DNA from: an uncultured Peptococcaceae bacterium
GTDB lineage: Bacteria; Bacillota; Peptococcia; DRI-13; UBA5745
DNA length: 47,986 bases
NCBI GenBank assembly: GCA_937873525.1
Contig: CALMWJ010000178.1
Span: 1-47,986, forward strand
Direction of reading: 5' to 3'
Shown: one piece after another, positions 9,117-17,744 of the stretch
Position numbering within the stretch: position 1 is the first letter of the stretch
How the letters are laid out: each line of letters begins with the position of its first letter
Notes under the pieces: model-generated
The model's input: the letters and a program-made list of their open reading frames with translations, nothing else
The model's database searches: none
Told to the model about the DNA's origin: nothing
Program-made: the position numbers and the translations under genes

Positions 9117-9172
9117 GATCAGCCGGATGACCTGCCGGCGTAAATGACAACTCAACGCAAAGGAGAATCCGA

Positions 9173-10489
9173 ATGAAGCTTCATGGCACCATGGCAATCA
9201 ACGAAAAAGGACATCTGACGATCGGCGGCTGCGATACGACCGCTTTAGCCGAAGAATTCGGCACGCCGCTCTACATCATTGACGAAGAACTCTTGCGGAG
9301 CACCTGCCGCGCCTTTCATAAAGCCTACATCGAGGGATATCCTGGCGCAGAGGTGGTCTATGCCAGCAAGGCATTCATGACCATGGCGATGGCGCGGATC
9401 ATCGCCCAGGAGGACCTGGGCATTGACGCAGTTTCCCAAGGCGAGCTCTATACCGCCCTGAAGGCCGGCGTGGATCCTTCAAGGATCATCTTTCATGGCA
9501 ACAACAAATCTCAAACTGAGCTCCGATATGCGCTGGAAAATCAGATCAGCCGCTTTATTGTGGACAACCTGCATGAGCTGGAGGTGCTGGATCAGCTTGC
9601 CGGCTCCATGGACTTGTGTCCGAAGATCCTATTCAGGATCCAGCCGGGGATCGAAGCCCATACCCATGAATATATCCAGACGGGGAAGATCGATTCAAAA
9701 TTCGGCCTTAGCATCGCCACCGGGCAGGCCATGGAAGCGGCCAAGGCCGCCCTGCAAAAAGAGCATGTTGAACTGGTTGGCATGCATTGCCATATCGGCT
9801 CTCAGATTTTTGAGATCGAATCCTTCCGGCAGGCATCCCGGATCATGGCGCATTTCCTCAAGGAGGTCCAAAGAGAAACCGGAAAGATCCTGGAGGAGCT
9901 CAATATGGGCGGCGGCTTCGGGATTTATTACCGGGAAGGCGATTCACCGGCCCCCGTCAGCGACTTTGCCGAAATGACTTTTGAGACGCTGGCGGAGGAA
10001 TTCCGCTTCCTTGATTTTCCCATGCCGAAACGTCTGACGGTTGAACCCGGCCGATCCATCATCGGTCCTGCCGGCAGCACCTTATATACGGTCGGCTCCG
10101 TTAAAACCATTCCCTGCGTCCGCACTTACGTCGCCATTGACGGCGGTATGGCCGACAATCCAAGGCCAGCCCTTTATCAGGCAAAATACGAAATGGCACT
10201 GGCCAACAAAATGGACGTCCCCAACCAGATCGTTGCATCGGTTACCGGAAAATGCTGCGAATCCGGCGATATGCTGATCTGGGATGCTTCCATGCCGTGG
10301 GTGCAGCCCGGCGATTTGCTTCTGGTGTCCTGTACAGGAGCCTATAACTATTCCATGTCCAGCAACTACAACCGGCTTCTCAAGCCGGCGGTGGTTCTGG
10401 TCAAAGACGGCAAAGCCGATGTGATCGTTAAAAGAGAAACCTTTGAAGACCTGGTCCGTAACGACATCATACCGGACCGGCTCAAATAA
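9173..10489 (+). CDS. lysA: Diaminopimelate decarboxylase
   Basis: 438 aa, PLP fold-III decarboxylase with motifs YASKAF, HCHIGSQ, GGGFGI and CESGD. AAGGAG lies 8 nt upstream. Confidence 0.95.
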   Translation: MKLHGTMAINEKGHLTIGGCDTTALAEEFGTPLYIIDEELLRSTCRAFHKAYIEGYPGAEVVYASKAFMTMAMARIIAQEDLGIDAVSQGELYTALKAGVDPSRIIFHGNNKSQTELRYALENQISRFIVDNLHELEVLDQLAGSMDLCPKILFRIQPGIEAHTHEYIQTGKIDSKFGLSIATGQAMEAAKAALQKEHVELVGMHCHIGSQIFEIESFRQASRIMAHFLKEVQRETGKILEELNMGGGFGIYYREGDSPAPVSDFAEMTFETLAEEFRFLDFPMPKRLTVEPGRSIIGPAGSTLYTVGSVKTIPCVRTYVAIDGGMADNPRPALYQAKYEMALANKMDVPNQIVASVTGKCCESGDMLIWDASMPWVQPGDLLLVSCTGAYNYSMSSNYNRLLKPAVVLVKDGKADVIVKRETFEDLVRNDIIPDRLK

Positions 10490-10510
10490 GTCAGATTAAG
10501 GGGTAAATCC

Positions 10511-11146
10511 ATGTCTTTTCTAATCGATAAACTGCTGGTCCTGAGTGTGGTCCTGGTCTCTTTAACCACCCATGAATTCTGTCATGGATTGGTGGCCTTA
10601 AGCCTCGGAGACAAAACGGCCAAGCTTCAGGGCCGCCTTTCTTTAAACCCGATCAAGCATGTTGATCCGGTGGGGCTGCTGATGCTGATGGTCGCCAATT
10701 TCGGCTGGGCAAAGCCGGTTCCGGTGGACCCCCGGAATTTCAGAAAAACAGATTTGGCCACGGGAATGCTTCTAACCGCCTTAGCCGGTCCCATGGCCAA
10801 TGTTTTGCTGGTTTTTATCGGGGTTATGGCCGTTTCGGCCATTCCGTCGCTCTACCTCCAGAGCCATGACGTGTTGTGGACCTTTCTGAGTTACTTTATT
10901 GTGATCAATGCGAACCTGGCATTTTTCAACCTGCTGCCAGTACCGCCTCTGGACGGCTCAAAAATACTCTTTGGAATTTTACCTAAGCGTTTTTACAGCA
11001 TTTTATATGTCATGGAACGTTACAGCGCGATCCTGCTGCTGCTCCTGATCGTTTCAGGCGGGGTCCGGTATATCATCCAGCCGTTGTCCCAAGGGATCAT
11101 TTCCGCATTTTTTGACCTGGCGGGAATCATCTTCAAAACATATTAG
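10511..11146 (+). CDS. Site-2 protease family (peptidase M50) membrane metalloprotease
   Basis: HEFCHG HExxH motif in the first TM segment and a later NLLPVPPLDG motif. Multi-pass hydrophobic protein. Confidence 0.8.
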   Translation: MSFLIDKLLVLSVVLVSLTTHEFCHGLVALSLGDKTAKLQGRLSLNPIKHVDPVGLLMLMVANFGWAKPVPVDPRNFRKTDLATGMLLTALAGPMANVLLVFIGVMAVSAIPSLYLQSHDVLWTFLSYFIVINANLAFFNLLPVPPLDGSKILFGILPKRFYSILYVMERYSAILLLLLIVSGGVRYIIQPLSQGIISAFFDLAGIIFKTY

Positions 11147-11157
11147 GAGGAACCATT

Positions 11158-12162
11158 ATGCCCATCCAAGAAGCGAAGTACCAGGGAACCATATTAAGCG
11201 GCATGCGTCCCACCGGACGTCTGCATATCGGACACCTCAGCGTCCTGGAAAACTGGGCCGCCATGCAGGACAATTACCGATGTTTTTTTATGATCGCTGA
11301 CTGGCATGCCTTGACCACAGGGTATGATGATACCGAAAAAATTCCCGAAAATATTCGAATGGTGCTGCTGGACTGGCTGGCCGCCGGCCTGGATCCTGAA
11401 AAATCCACGATTTTTATCCAGTCCCATGTCAAAGCCCATGCGGAACTGACCCTTTTGCTGGGCATGAACACGCCTTTATCCTGGCTGGAAAGAGTCCCCA
11501 CCTACAAAGACCAGCTGCTGCAGCTCGGAGAACAGGGAAAAGACATCAACACCTATGGCTTCCTGGGATATCCTTTGCTGATGGCTGCCGATATCCTGGT
11601 TTACAGGGCCGATACGGTCCCTGTGGGAGAGGATCAGCTGCCTCATTTGGAATTTACCCGTGAAATCGGGCGCCGGTTCAATCATTTGTATCAGGTCGAG
11701 GTTTTTCCGGAAGCCAAAGCGAAGCTGGCAAAAATCGCTGCCTTGCCCGGGGTGGACGGAAGAAAGATGAGCAAAAGCTATCACAATGATATCGCCTTGA
11801 GCGCCAGCCTCCAGGAAGTTGAAGAACGGGTCCGCGCCATGGTCACCGATCCGGCCCGGATCCGCAAAACCGACCCTGGACATCCGGAAGTATGTATCGT
11901 AAATAAATATCAGAGCATATACAACGAGAATGCGCTGGAAGAGATCCAGACGTCCTGCCGGGCCGGACAAATCGGCTGTACGGAGTGCAAGAAACGCCTG
12001 GCGGCCTGCATCAATCAGAAGCTGGAGCCGATCCGTCAGCGGAGAATCCATTATGAGGAGAATCCCCAGCTGCTGGACAAAATTCTGCAAGAAGGGGATG
12101 CCGCAGCTTGTCTGGAGGCAGAAAAGACCTTGAAACTGGTTCGCAAAGCAATCCATTTCTAA
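11158..12162 (+). CDS. trpS: Tryptophan--tRNA ligase
   Basis: Class I signatures: PTGRLHIGH (HIGH) and KMSKS. Confidence 0.95.
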   Translation: MPIQEAKYQGTILSGMRPTGRLHIGHLSVLENWAAMQDNYRCFFMIADWHALTTGYDDTEKIPENIRMVLLDWLAAGLDPEKSTIFIQSHVKAHAELTLLLGMNTPLSWLERVPTYKDQLLQLGEQGKDINTYGFLGYPLLMAADILVYRADTVPVGEDQLPHLEFTREIGRRFNHLYQVEVFPEAKAKLAKIAALPGVDGRKMSKSYHNDIALSASLQEVEERVRAMVTDPARIRKTDPGHPEVCIVNKYQSIYNENALEEIQTSCRAGQIGCTECKKRLAACINQKLEPIRQRRIHYEENPQLLDKILQEGDAAACLEAEKTLKLVRKAIHF

Positions 12163-12181
12163 ACAGTGGAAAGGATCAACA

Positions 12182-12946
12182 ATGGACTACCAAGTGGTTT
12201 TGCCGGTGTTCGAAGGTCCTATGGACCTGTTGCTGCATCTGATCGACAGCAATGAACTGGATATCTATAATATCCCCATCGCATTCATCACAGGGCAGTA
12301 TATGGATTACCTCAACCAGGCCCAGGAAATCGATCTGACGCTCTCAGGCGATTTTGTCCTGATGGCCGGAACCTTGCTGACGATCAAAGCACGCACCCTG
12401 CTGCCTAAGCGAACCCAGCCCTCCGAAGAAGAAGGGGCGCCGGAAGACCCTCGCGATGAATTGGTTGAGAAACTGCTGGAGTATCGTCTTTATAAAGAGA
12501 AGGCTTCTGAATTCAAGGCCATGGAGCACAGCCAGTCCAGGATCTTTTTCAGGGAAGTCGACGATAAATCCCTGCTGAAGCTTTTCCCGGCACCAAATCC
12601 AATCGGAAAGCTGACCACGGAGGATTTGTCTAAAACCTTCATGCAAATTCTTGAGAGCATGATCAGCCGTGAAAGGACCCTTCAGTTGCCGAAGGAAACC
12701 GTGACCATCCAGGCAAGGATCGCTTTTTTGCTGAAGGTGATCCGCCAGCAGCCCGGCGGCATCGCGTTCAGGTCTCTGCTGGGCGGAGATTCCCTGAGGA
12801 CGGTGGTGACGACCTTCATGGCGCTGCTCGAATTGCTGCACCGCGGCAGGATTTGGGCCCGGCAAAAAGAGGCCTTCGGAGAAATATATATTTTCTACAA
12901 TGATTTGTATAGAAAGGAAGGGGATCCCGGTGAATTTGTTTCCTGA
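12182..12946 (+). CDS. scpA: Segregation and condensation protein A
   Basis: The N-terminus VFEGPMDLLLHLIDSNELDIYNIPIAFITGQY is typical of ScpA, and scpB follows. Confidence 0.9.
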   Translation: MDYQVVLPVFEGPMDLLLHLIDSNELDIYNIPIAFITGQYMDYLNQAQEIDLTLSGDFVLMAGTLLTIKARTLLPKRTQPSEEEGAPEDPRDELVEKLLEYRLYKEKASEFKAMEHSQSRIFFREVDDKSLLKLFPAPNPIGKLTTEDLSKTFMQILESMISRERTLQLPKETVTIQARIAFLLKVIRQQPGGIAFRSLLGGDSLRTVVTTFMALLELLHRGRIWARQKEAFGEIYIFYNDLYRKEGDPGEFVS

Positions 12947-13493
12947 TGAAGGGAAAAGACTGCTGGAAGCCCTCTTGCTTTGTTCAGCGGAGCCGCTGAC
13001 CTTGAAGGTGCTGACCGAAATCACCGACTACGAATCTTCTGAGATCCTGGATCTGCTTTCTGAAATCCAAAGGGATTATCAGCAGCAGAGCCGTGGTTTC
13101 GCCTTGACGGAAATTGCCGGCGGTTGGATGTTCGCAACCTATCCGGAGCATGCGCCTTACATCGAAAAACTGGTCAAACCCCGGCTTTCCTCCCTGAGCC
13201 AAGCCGCTTTGGAAGTGCTTTCTATTGTCGCCTACCGTCAGCCGATCACTCGGGCTGAAATCGAGGAGATTCGCGGGGTAAGCTGTGACTCCTCCCTGGG
13301 AACCCTGCTGGACCGTGCGCTTGTAGAAGAAAAAGGCCGAAAAGACGCTCCGGGACGGCCGATCCTGTTTGGTACGACCACGGACTTTTTAAAATATTTC
13401 GGTCTATCCTCCTTGAAAGATCTCCCGGCCTTTCCAAGCCTGCCGGCCGGCGGAGAGGATGACCGCAGCACGGATCATACGATCTGTTCATAA
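12930..13493 (+). CDS. scpB: Segregation and condensation protein B
   Basis: [15 protein letters not shown]...[29 protein letters not shown]. Trimmed to the GTG at 12930 after GGAAGGGG (track start 12900). Confidence 0.88.
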   Translation: MNLFPDEGKRLLEALLLCSAEPLTLKVLTEITDYESSEILDLLSEIQRDYQQQSRGFALTEIAGGWMFATYPEHAPYIEKLVKPRLSSLSQAALEVLSIVAYRQPITRAEIEEIRGVSCDSSLGTLLDRALVEEKGRKDAPGRPILFGTTTDFLKYFGLSSLKDLPAFPSLPAGGEDDRSTDHTICS

Positions 13494-13506
13494 GAAGGAG
13501 AGATTT

Positions 13507-14163
13507 ATGGGTTTTATTTATGATGCCCGATCGATCGCGTTTCGCGATCCGGCTGCCCGGAACATCGTTGAGGTGATGATTTTATATCCGGGCTTCCATG
13601 CCTTGGTTTTTCATCGGATCGCACATTTCCTGTATGAGGTCCGCTTGTTTTTTCTTGCAAGGTTTATTTCCCAGTTCAGCCGTTTCATGACCGGCATTGA
13701 AATCCATCCAGGTGCCGTGATCGGCAAAGGCCTCTTTATCGACCATGGCATGGGCATCGTGATCGGCGAAACCGCCGAGGTGGGGGACGACTGCACCATC
13801 TATCATAACGTGACCTTGGGCGGCACAGGACACGATACTGGCAAACGCCATCCTACGCTTGGCAACAATGTTCTTGTCAGCACCGGTGCAAAAATCCTTG
13901 GCCCGATTTATATCGGAGACAATGCCCGCATCGGCGCCAACTCTGTGGTGCTCAAAAATGTGGATCCGAATGCCACGGTGGTCGGCGTCCCGGGAACCGT
14001 GGTCCGGCTGAATGGAAAACCGGTGGATAAATCTTCAGAGGCTTTGGATCAAATCAACATGCCGGATCCGGTCGCCAACGAACTCCAGCTGCTGGAAAAA
14101 CGTCTTGAAGCGCTGGAATTGCTGCATCGAAAGGAAATTCAAAACGATGAAGATATTCAATAG
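13507..14163 (+). CDS. cysE: Serine O-acetyltransferase
   Basis: Hexapeptide-repeat region [37 protein letters not shown] at 13507 after AGGAGAG (track start 13459). Confidence 0.9.
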   Translation: MGFIYDARSIAFRDPAARNIVEVMILYPGFHALVFHRIAHFLYEVRLFFLARFISQFSRFMTGIEIHPGAVIGKGLFIDHGMGIVIGETAEVGDDCTIYHNVTLGGTGHDTGKRHPTLGNNVLVSTGAKILGPIYIGDNARIGANSVVLKNVDPNATVVGVPGTVVRLNGKPVDKSSEALDQINMPDPVANELQLLEKRLEALELLHRKEIQNDEDIQ

Positions 14164-15073
14164 CCTGGTGGAGTTGATCGGCCATACCCCTTTGGTCGCT
14201 TTGCCGCGCCTGAGCCATGCGCTGGGTTTGGACAAACCCCTTCTGGCGAAACTTGAAGCATTCAATCCGCTGGGCAGCGTGAAGGACCGTGCGGCGCTGG
14301 GAATGATCGAACAGGCCGAGAAGGATGGCCGTCTGACTCCGGAAACCGTGATCATTGAGCCAACCAGCGGCAACACGGGCATTGGACTGGCTTTTATTTC
14401 AGTGATCAAGGGCTATCGCCTGATCCTGACCATGCCGGAAACCATGAGTTTGGAACGCCGCAAGCTTCTTCGCGCCTTGGGCGCGGAGATCCATCTGACA
14501 CCAGGACAGCTGGGAATGGCCGGCGCCATTGAGCGTGCCAATGAATTGGCCGCAATGCAGCCCAAAGCCTTTATTCCGATGCAGTTCGACAATCCGGCAA
14601 ATCCCCAGTCCCATGTTCATACCACCGCGGAGGAAATCTGGCAGGATACGGATGGGACAGCCGATTGTTTTGTAGCCTGCGTCGGCACCGCCGGTACCCT
14701 GATGGGCGTGGGCCGAGGCTTGAAAGCGCATAATCCCGGCATCGAGATCATTGCCGTCGAGCCTGCAAGGTCGGCGCTGCTGTCCGGCGGGAAAGCCGGC
14801 CCCCATAAAATACAAGGGATCGGCGCGAATTTCATTCCGGGAAATTTTGATGCCGCCCAGGTGGATCAGGTCATCACCATATCGGATGAGGAAGCCTATG
14901 ATTTTGCGCGAAGACTGGGTCGACACGAAGGGATCCTCGCAGGCATTTCTTCCGGCGCAGCCGTTTCCGCCGCGGCAAAACTGGCAAAACAGCCCGGTTA
15001 TGCCGGGAAAAATATCGTTGTCCTGCTGCCGGATACCGGTGAGCGTTACTTATCCACGGATTTGTTTGAATAA
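14147..15073 (+). CDS. cysK: Cysteine synthase A (O-acetylserine sulfhydrylase)
   Basis: [17 protein letters not shown]..., PLP lysine context NPLGSVKDR, and [10 protein letters not shown]. The start at 14147 overlaps the cysE stop (track start 14012). Confidence 0.92.
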   Translation: MKIFNSLVELIGHTPLVALPRLSHALGLDKPLLAKLEAFNPLGSVKDRAALGMIEQAEKDGRLTPETVIIEPTSGNTGIGLAFISVIKGYRLILTMPETMSLERRKLLRALGAEIHLTPGQLGMAGAIERANELAAMQPKAFIPMQFDNPANPQSHVHTTAEEIWQDTDGTADCFVACVGTAGTLMGVGRGLKAHNPGIEIIAVEPARSALLSGGKAGPHKIQGIGANFIPGNFDAAQVDQVITISDEEAYDFARRLGRHEGILAGISSGAAVSAAAKLAKQPGYAGKNIVVLLPDTGERYLSTDLFE

Positions 15074-15104
15074 ATGTATCAAGACACGAACGGGAGGTGA
15101 GGTT

Positions 15105-15836
15105 TTGGAACGTTTGCAGAAATATCTGTCACGCTGCGGCGTAGCTTCCCGGCGCCACGCAGAACAGATGATTCTTGGAGGCCGGGTTTGCGTCAATGGC
15201 CGCATCATTCATGAAATGGGCGTTCAGGTGGATGAGGCCAGGGACTCGGTAACGGTCGATGGAAAACCGGTCCTTCCGTCACCGGACAAGGTCTATTACA
15301 TGCTCAACAAACCGCAGGCGGTGGTTACCACCTGCGAGGACCCTCAAGGCAGAAAAACCGTTCTGGATCTGCTTCCGAAGGAATTGAGGATCTATCCTGT
15401 GGGCCGTTTGGATTATATGACCGAAGGCTTGCTGTTGTTAACCAATGACGGGGAGTTGGCAAACAGGATGGCTCACCCGAAATATAAAATTTCAAAAAGA
15501 TACTTGGTTTTTGTCAGGGGGTTCTTGACCGATAAAATGATCCAGACCCTGCAAAGAGGTATTGCGTTGGAGGATGGACCGACCATGCCGGCAAAGCTGG
15601 AATTGCTTGAACGGGATGCGTCGCAGAGCACGTTCTATCTGACGATTTTCGAAGGCCGGAACCGTCAGGTTCGACGGATGTGTGAAGCCATAGGTTTGCC
15701 CGTCCTCCGACTCCGTAGAGTCCAGGTCGGATTTCTTCAATTAGGCGATTTGCCTGCGGGAAAATATCGGCCCTTGACGGTCAAAGAAGTTAAACAATTA
15801 AGAAAACTTTTATGTGGCCAGGAAGGCCCGCCATGA
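15105..15836 (+). CDS. rluB: 23S rRNA pseudouridine synthase, RluB/RsuA family
   Basis: S4 domain LQKYLSRCGVASRRHAEQMI and catalytic motif GRLDYMTEGLLLLTNDG. TTG start at 15105 after GGGAGGTGAGG. The track ORF from 14751 is an upstream read-through of the frame. Confidence 0.85.
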   Translation: MERLQKYLSRCGVASRRHAEQMILGGRVCVNGRIIHEMGVQVDEARDSVTVDGKPVLPSPDKVYYMLNKPQAVVTTCEDPQGRKTVLDLLPKELRIYPVGRLDYMTEGLLLLTNDGELANRMAHPKYKISKRYLVFVRGFLTDKMIQTLQRGIALEDGPTMPAKLELLERDASQSTFYLTIFEGRNRQVRRMCEAIGLPVLRLRRVQVGFLQLGDLPAGKYRPLTVKEVKQLRKLLCGQEGPP

Positions 15837-15926
15837 TAAGCATTGCTTTTTTATGTGATATATATTATACTTTATCAGTATAAAACGCTTTGTTGCCAAG
15901 GTGTTAAAGGAGTTGAGCCGCCTACG

Positions 15927-16430
15927 ATGGAATATGGTTCCAAGAAAATTGCCTCCGCAGCGATTCGCATGGCCCTGACTGAAAGCCGTGAGGAAGAGCA
16001 AAAGCTTAAAGCCGCGTTGGCCCATATAGGGATTCGATCCGTCGCTGTGGATTATGGTGGCGATTTTGCTTTGTCTGCAAAAAAAATGATCGAACGGGCT
16101 GTGGTTGCCGCCAAACGGGAACATGTGATCAAAGACAACCATTATGACGAGGGCGCGGTGGCAGGCGCCACCCGAGAAGCCCTGGCCCAGATTTTATCCA
16201 AGGCCTATGGCTTGAATGTGGGCGGCAAATTGGCCATCGCCCGTTATGGGGACCATATCTCTGTGGCTGTTTACCTGGCCATCGGGCTGCTTCACTTAAA
16301 TGAGGTTGCCATCGGACTGGCCCATCGGGTGGCCCCGGACATGGATCTTAAAACCCTTGACAAGGGCAGCGATGCTTCAACCGGAAATAGAATTCCTGAA
16401 GGAGGAGACTCCCATTCAGATCACCATTGA
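15927..16430 (+). CDS. HutP-family protein (RNA-binding antiterminator-like)
   Basis: Its pattern matches B. subtilis HutP along its length, e.g. ...ATREALAQIL...ISVAVYLAIGLLHLNEVAIGLAHR versus HutP ...ATMEALHGVT...IAVSLYGTIGAPIKGLEHETFGVGINH. ATG at 15927 after AAGGAG. Its C-terminal tail overlaps the cmk start. Confidence 0.65.
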   Translation: MEYGSKKIASAAIRMALTESREEEQKLKAALAHIGIRSVAVDYGGDFALSAKKMIERAVVAAKREHVIKDNHYDEGAVAGATREALAQILSKAYGLNVGGKLAIARYGDHISVAVYLAIGLLHLNEVAIGLAHRVAPDMDLKTLDKGSDASTGNRIPEGGDSHSDHH

Positions 16431-17085
16431 CGGGCCTGCCGGGGCTGGAAAAAGCACAGTGGCCAAGGCCGTTGCCGCAAAACTTAATTTTGTCTATATT
16501 GATACCGGCGCCATGTACCGGGCGGTGGCCTGGCTGGCTGACCGGCATGATGTGACGATGGATGACCATTCCGGCTTAGCTAAACTGGCCGCCAAGGCCG
16601 ACATCCGCTTTGAAAACAACCCTTCGGGCGTCCAGAAAATCATATGTAATCACATCGATGTGACCGATATGATCCGCAGTCCCCGAATCAGCCGTCTGGT
16701 GGCTGAGGTGGCCTCCGTTGCCGGCGTCCGCCAGGCCTTGGTCAAAATGCAGCAATCCCTTGCCGCCGACCATCATGTGGTCATGGACGGCAGAGATGCG
16801 GGAACGGTGATCCTGCCCAAAGCCCAATACAAGATTTTTTTAACCGCAACCGTGGAAGAACGGGCCCGGCGGCGCATGGCGCAGATCAAAGATCAAGGCC
16901 AGAGCCAATCCCTGGATGAAGTCATCCGGGATATGAAAATCCGTGATTATCAGGACGAACATCGCAGCAACAGCCCTCTAATACCGGCTGAGGACGCGAT
17001 CATCTTGGATTGCACCAATCTGAGCCTTGATGAAACGGTCGCTGAGGTCCTGAAGATCGTCCAAGCCGGTAAAAAGAAGACTTGA
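16372..17085 (+). CDS. cmk: Cytidylate kinase
   Basis: IDGPAGAGKSTVAKAVAAKLNFVYIDTGAMYRA. The start is uncertain (ATG 16372, or a later non-ATG start after GAAGGAGGAG). Confidence 0.9.
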   Translation: MLQPEIEFLKEETPIQITIDGPAGAGKSTVAKAVAAKLNFVYIDTGAMYRAVAWLADRHDVTMDDHSGLAKLAAKADIRFENNPSGVQKIICNHIDVTDMIRSPRISRLVAEVASVAGVRQALVKMQQSLAADHHVVMDGRDAGTVILPKAQYKIFLTATVEERARRRMAQIKDQGQSQSLDEVIRDMKIRDYQDEHRSNSPLIPAEDAIILDCTNLSLDETVAEVLKIVQAGKKKT

Positions 17086-17123
17086 GGACTTCAGGCGCAT
17101 CAAAAACAAGAGAGGCATCGTTC

Positions 17124-17744
17124 ATGTTTTATCGAATCATGGTGGTGGTCGCCCGTTGGCTGATATTCCCGTTTCTGCGTTTATTCAATCGAGTAAGGAT
17201 CACCGGAACGGAAAATATCCCGAAGCAAGGCGCACTGGTTCTGGCTGCCAACCACTTAAGTCTGTGGGATCCGATCTATTTATTCTGCTGCGTTGACCGC
17301 AAGCTGAATTTCATGGCAAAAGCTGAATTGTTCAAGATTCCTGTGATCGGCTGGGTCATTGAGCATGTCCACGGCTTCCCGGTCCATCGCAATACCATCG
17401 ACCGGACTGCCTTAAAAAAGTCCTCAGAGGTTTTGGAAAAAGGAGAGACCTTGGTGCTCTTCCCCGAAGGCACACGCAGCCGGACCGGTGAATTGCTGCC
17501 CTTCTATGACGGCGCCGTTCTGTTCGCCCAAAGATCGTCCGCGCCAGTGATCCCCGCGGCGATCCTCAATACTCAAAAATCCTTTCCGGCAGGGTTTCGA
17601 CAGACGATCCATATCCGTTTTGGACAGCCCATTGATTTTTCCGAATACCAGGAACGGAAAATCAATTCTGCGCTTCTTCATGAGATGACGGATCAGCTTC
17701 GGAACCGTATCCAGCAGCTTCAGGAGGAAAATCTCAATTCATGA
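17124..17744 (+). CDS. plsC: 1-acyl-sn-glycerol-3-phosphate acyltransferase
   Basis: Acyltransferase motifs ANHLSLWD (HxxxxD) and FPEGTRS. Trimmed to the ATG at 17124. Confidence 0.85.
   Translation: MFYRIMVVVARWLIFPFLRLFNRVRITGTENIPKQGALVLAANHLSLWDPIYLFCCVDRKLNFMAKAELFKIPVIGWVIEHVHGFPVHRNTIDRTALKKSSEVLEKGETLVLFPEGTRSRTGELLPFYDGAVLFAQRSSAPVIPAAILNTQKSFPAGFRQTIHIRFGQPIDFSEYQERKINSALLHEMTDQLRNRIQQLQEENLNS

Noticed and set aside
13507-15073. cysE-cysK placed between scpB and rluB as a possible insertion
   Set aside because: The genes have host-like composition, tight coupling and no flanking repeats or mobility genes. This is ordinary synteny variation.
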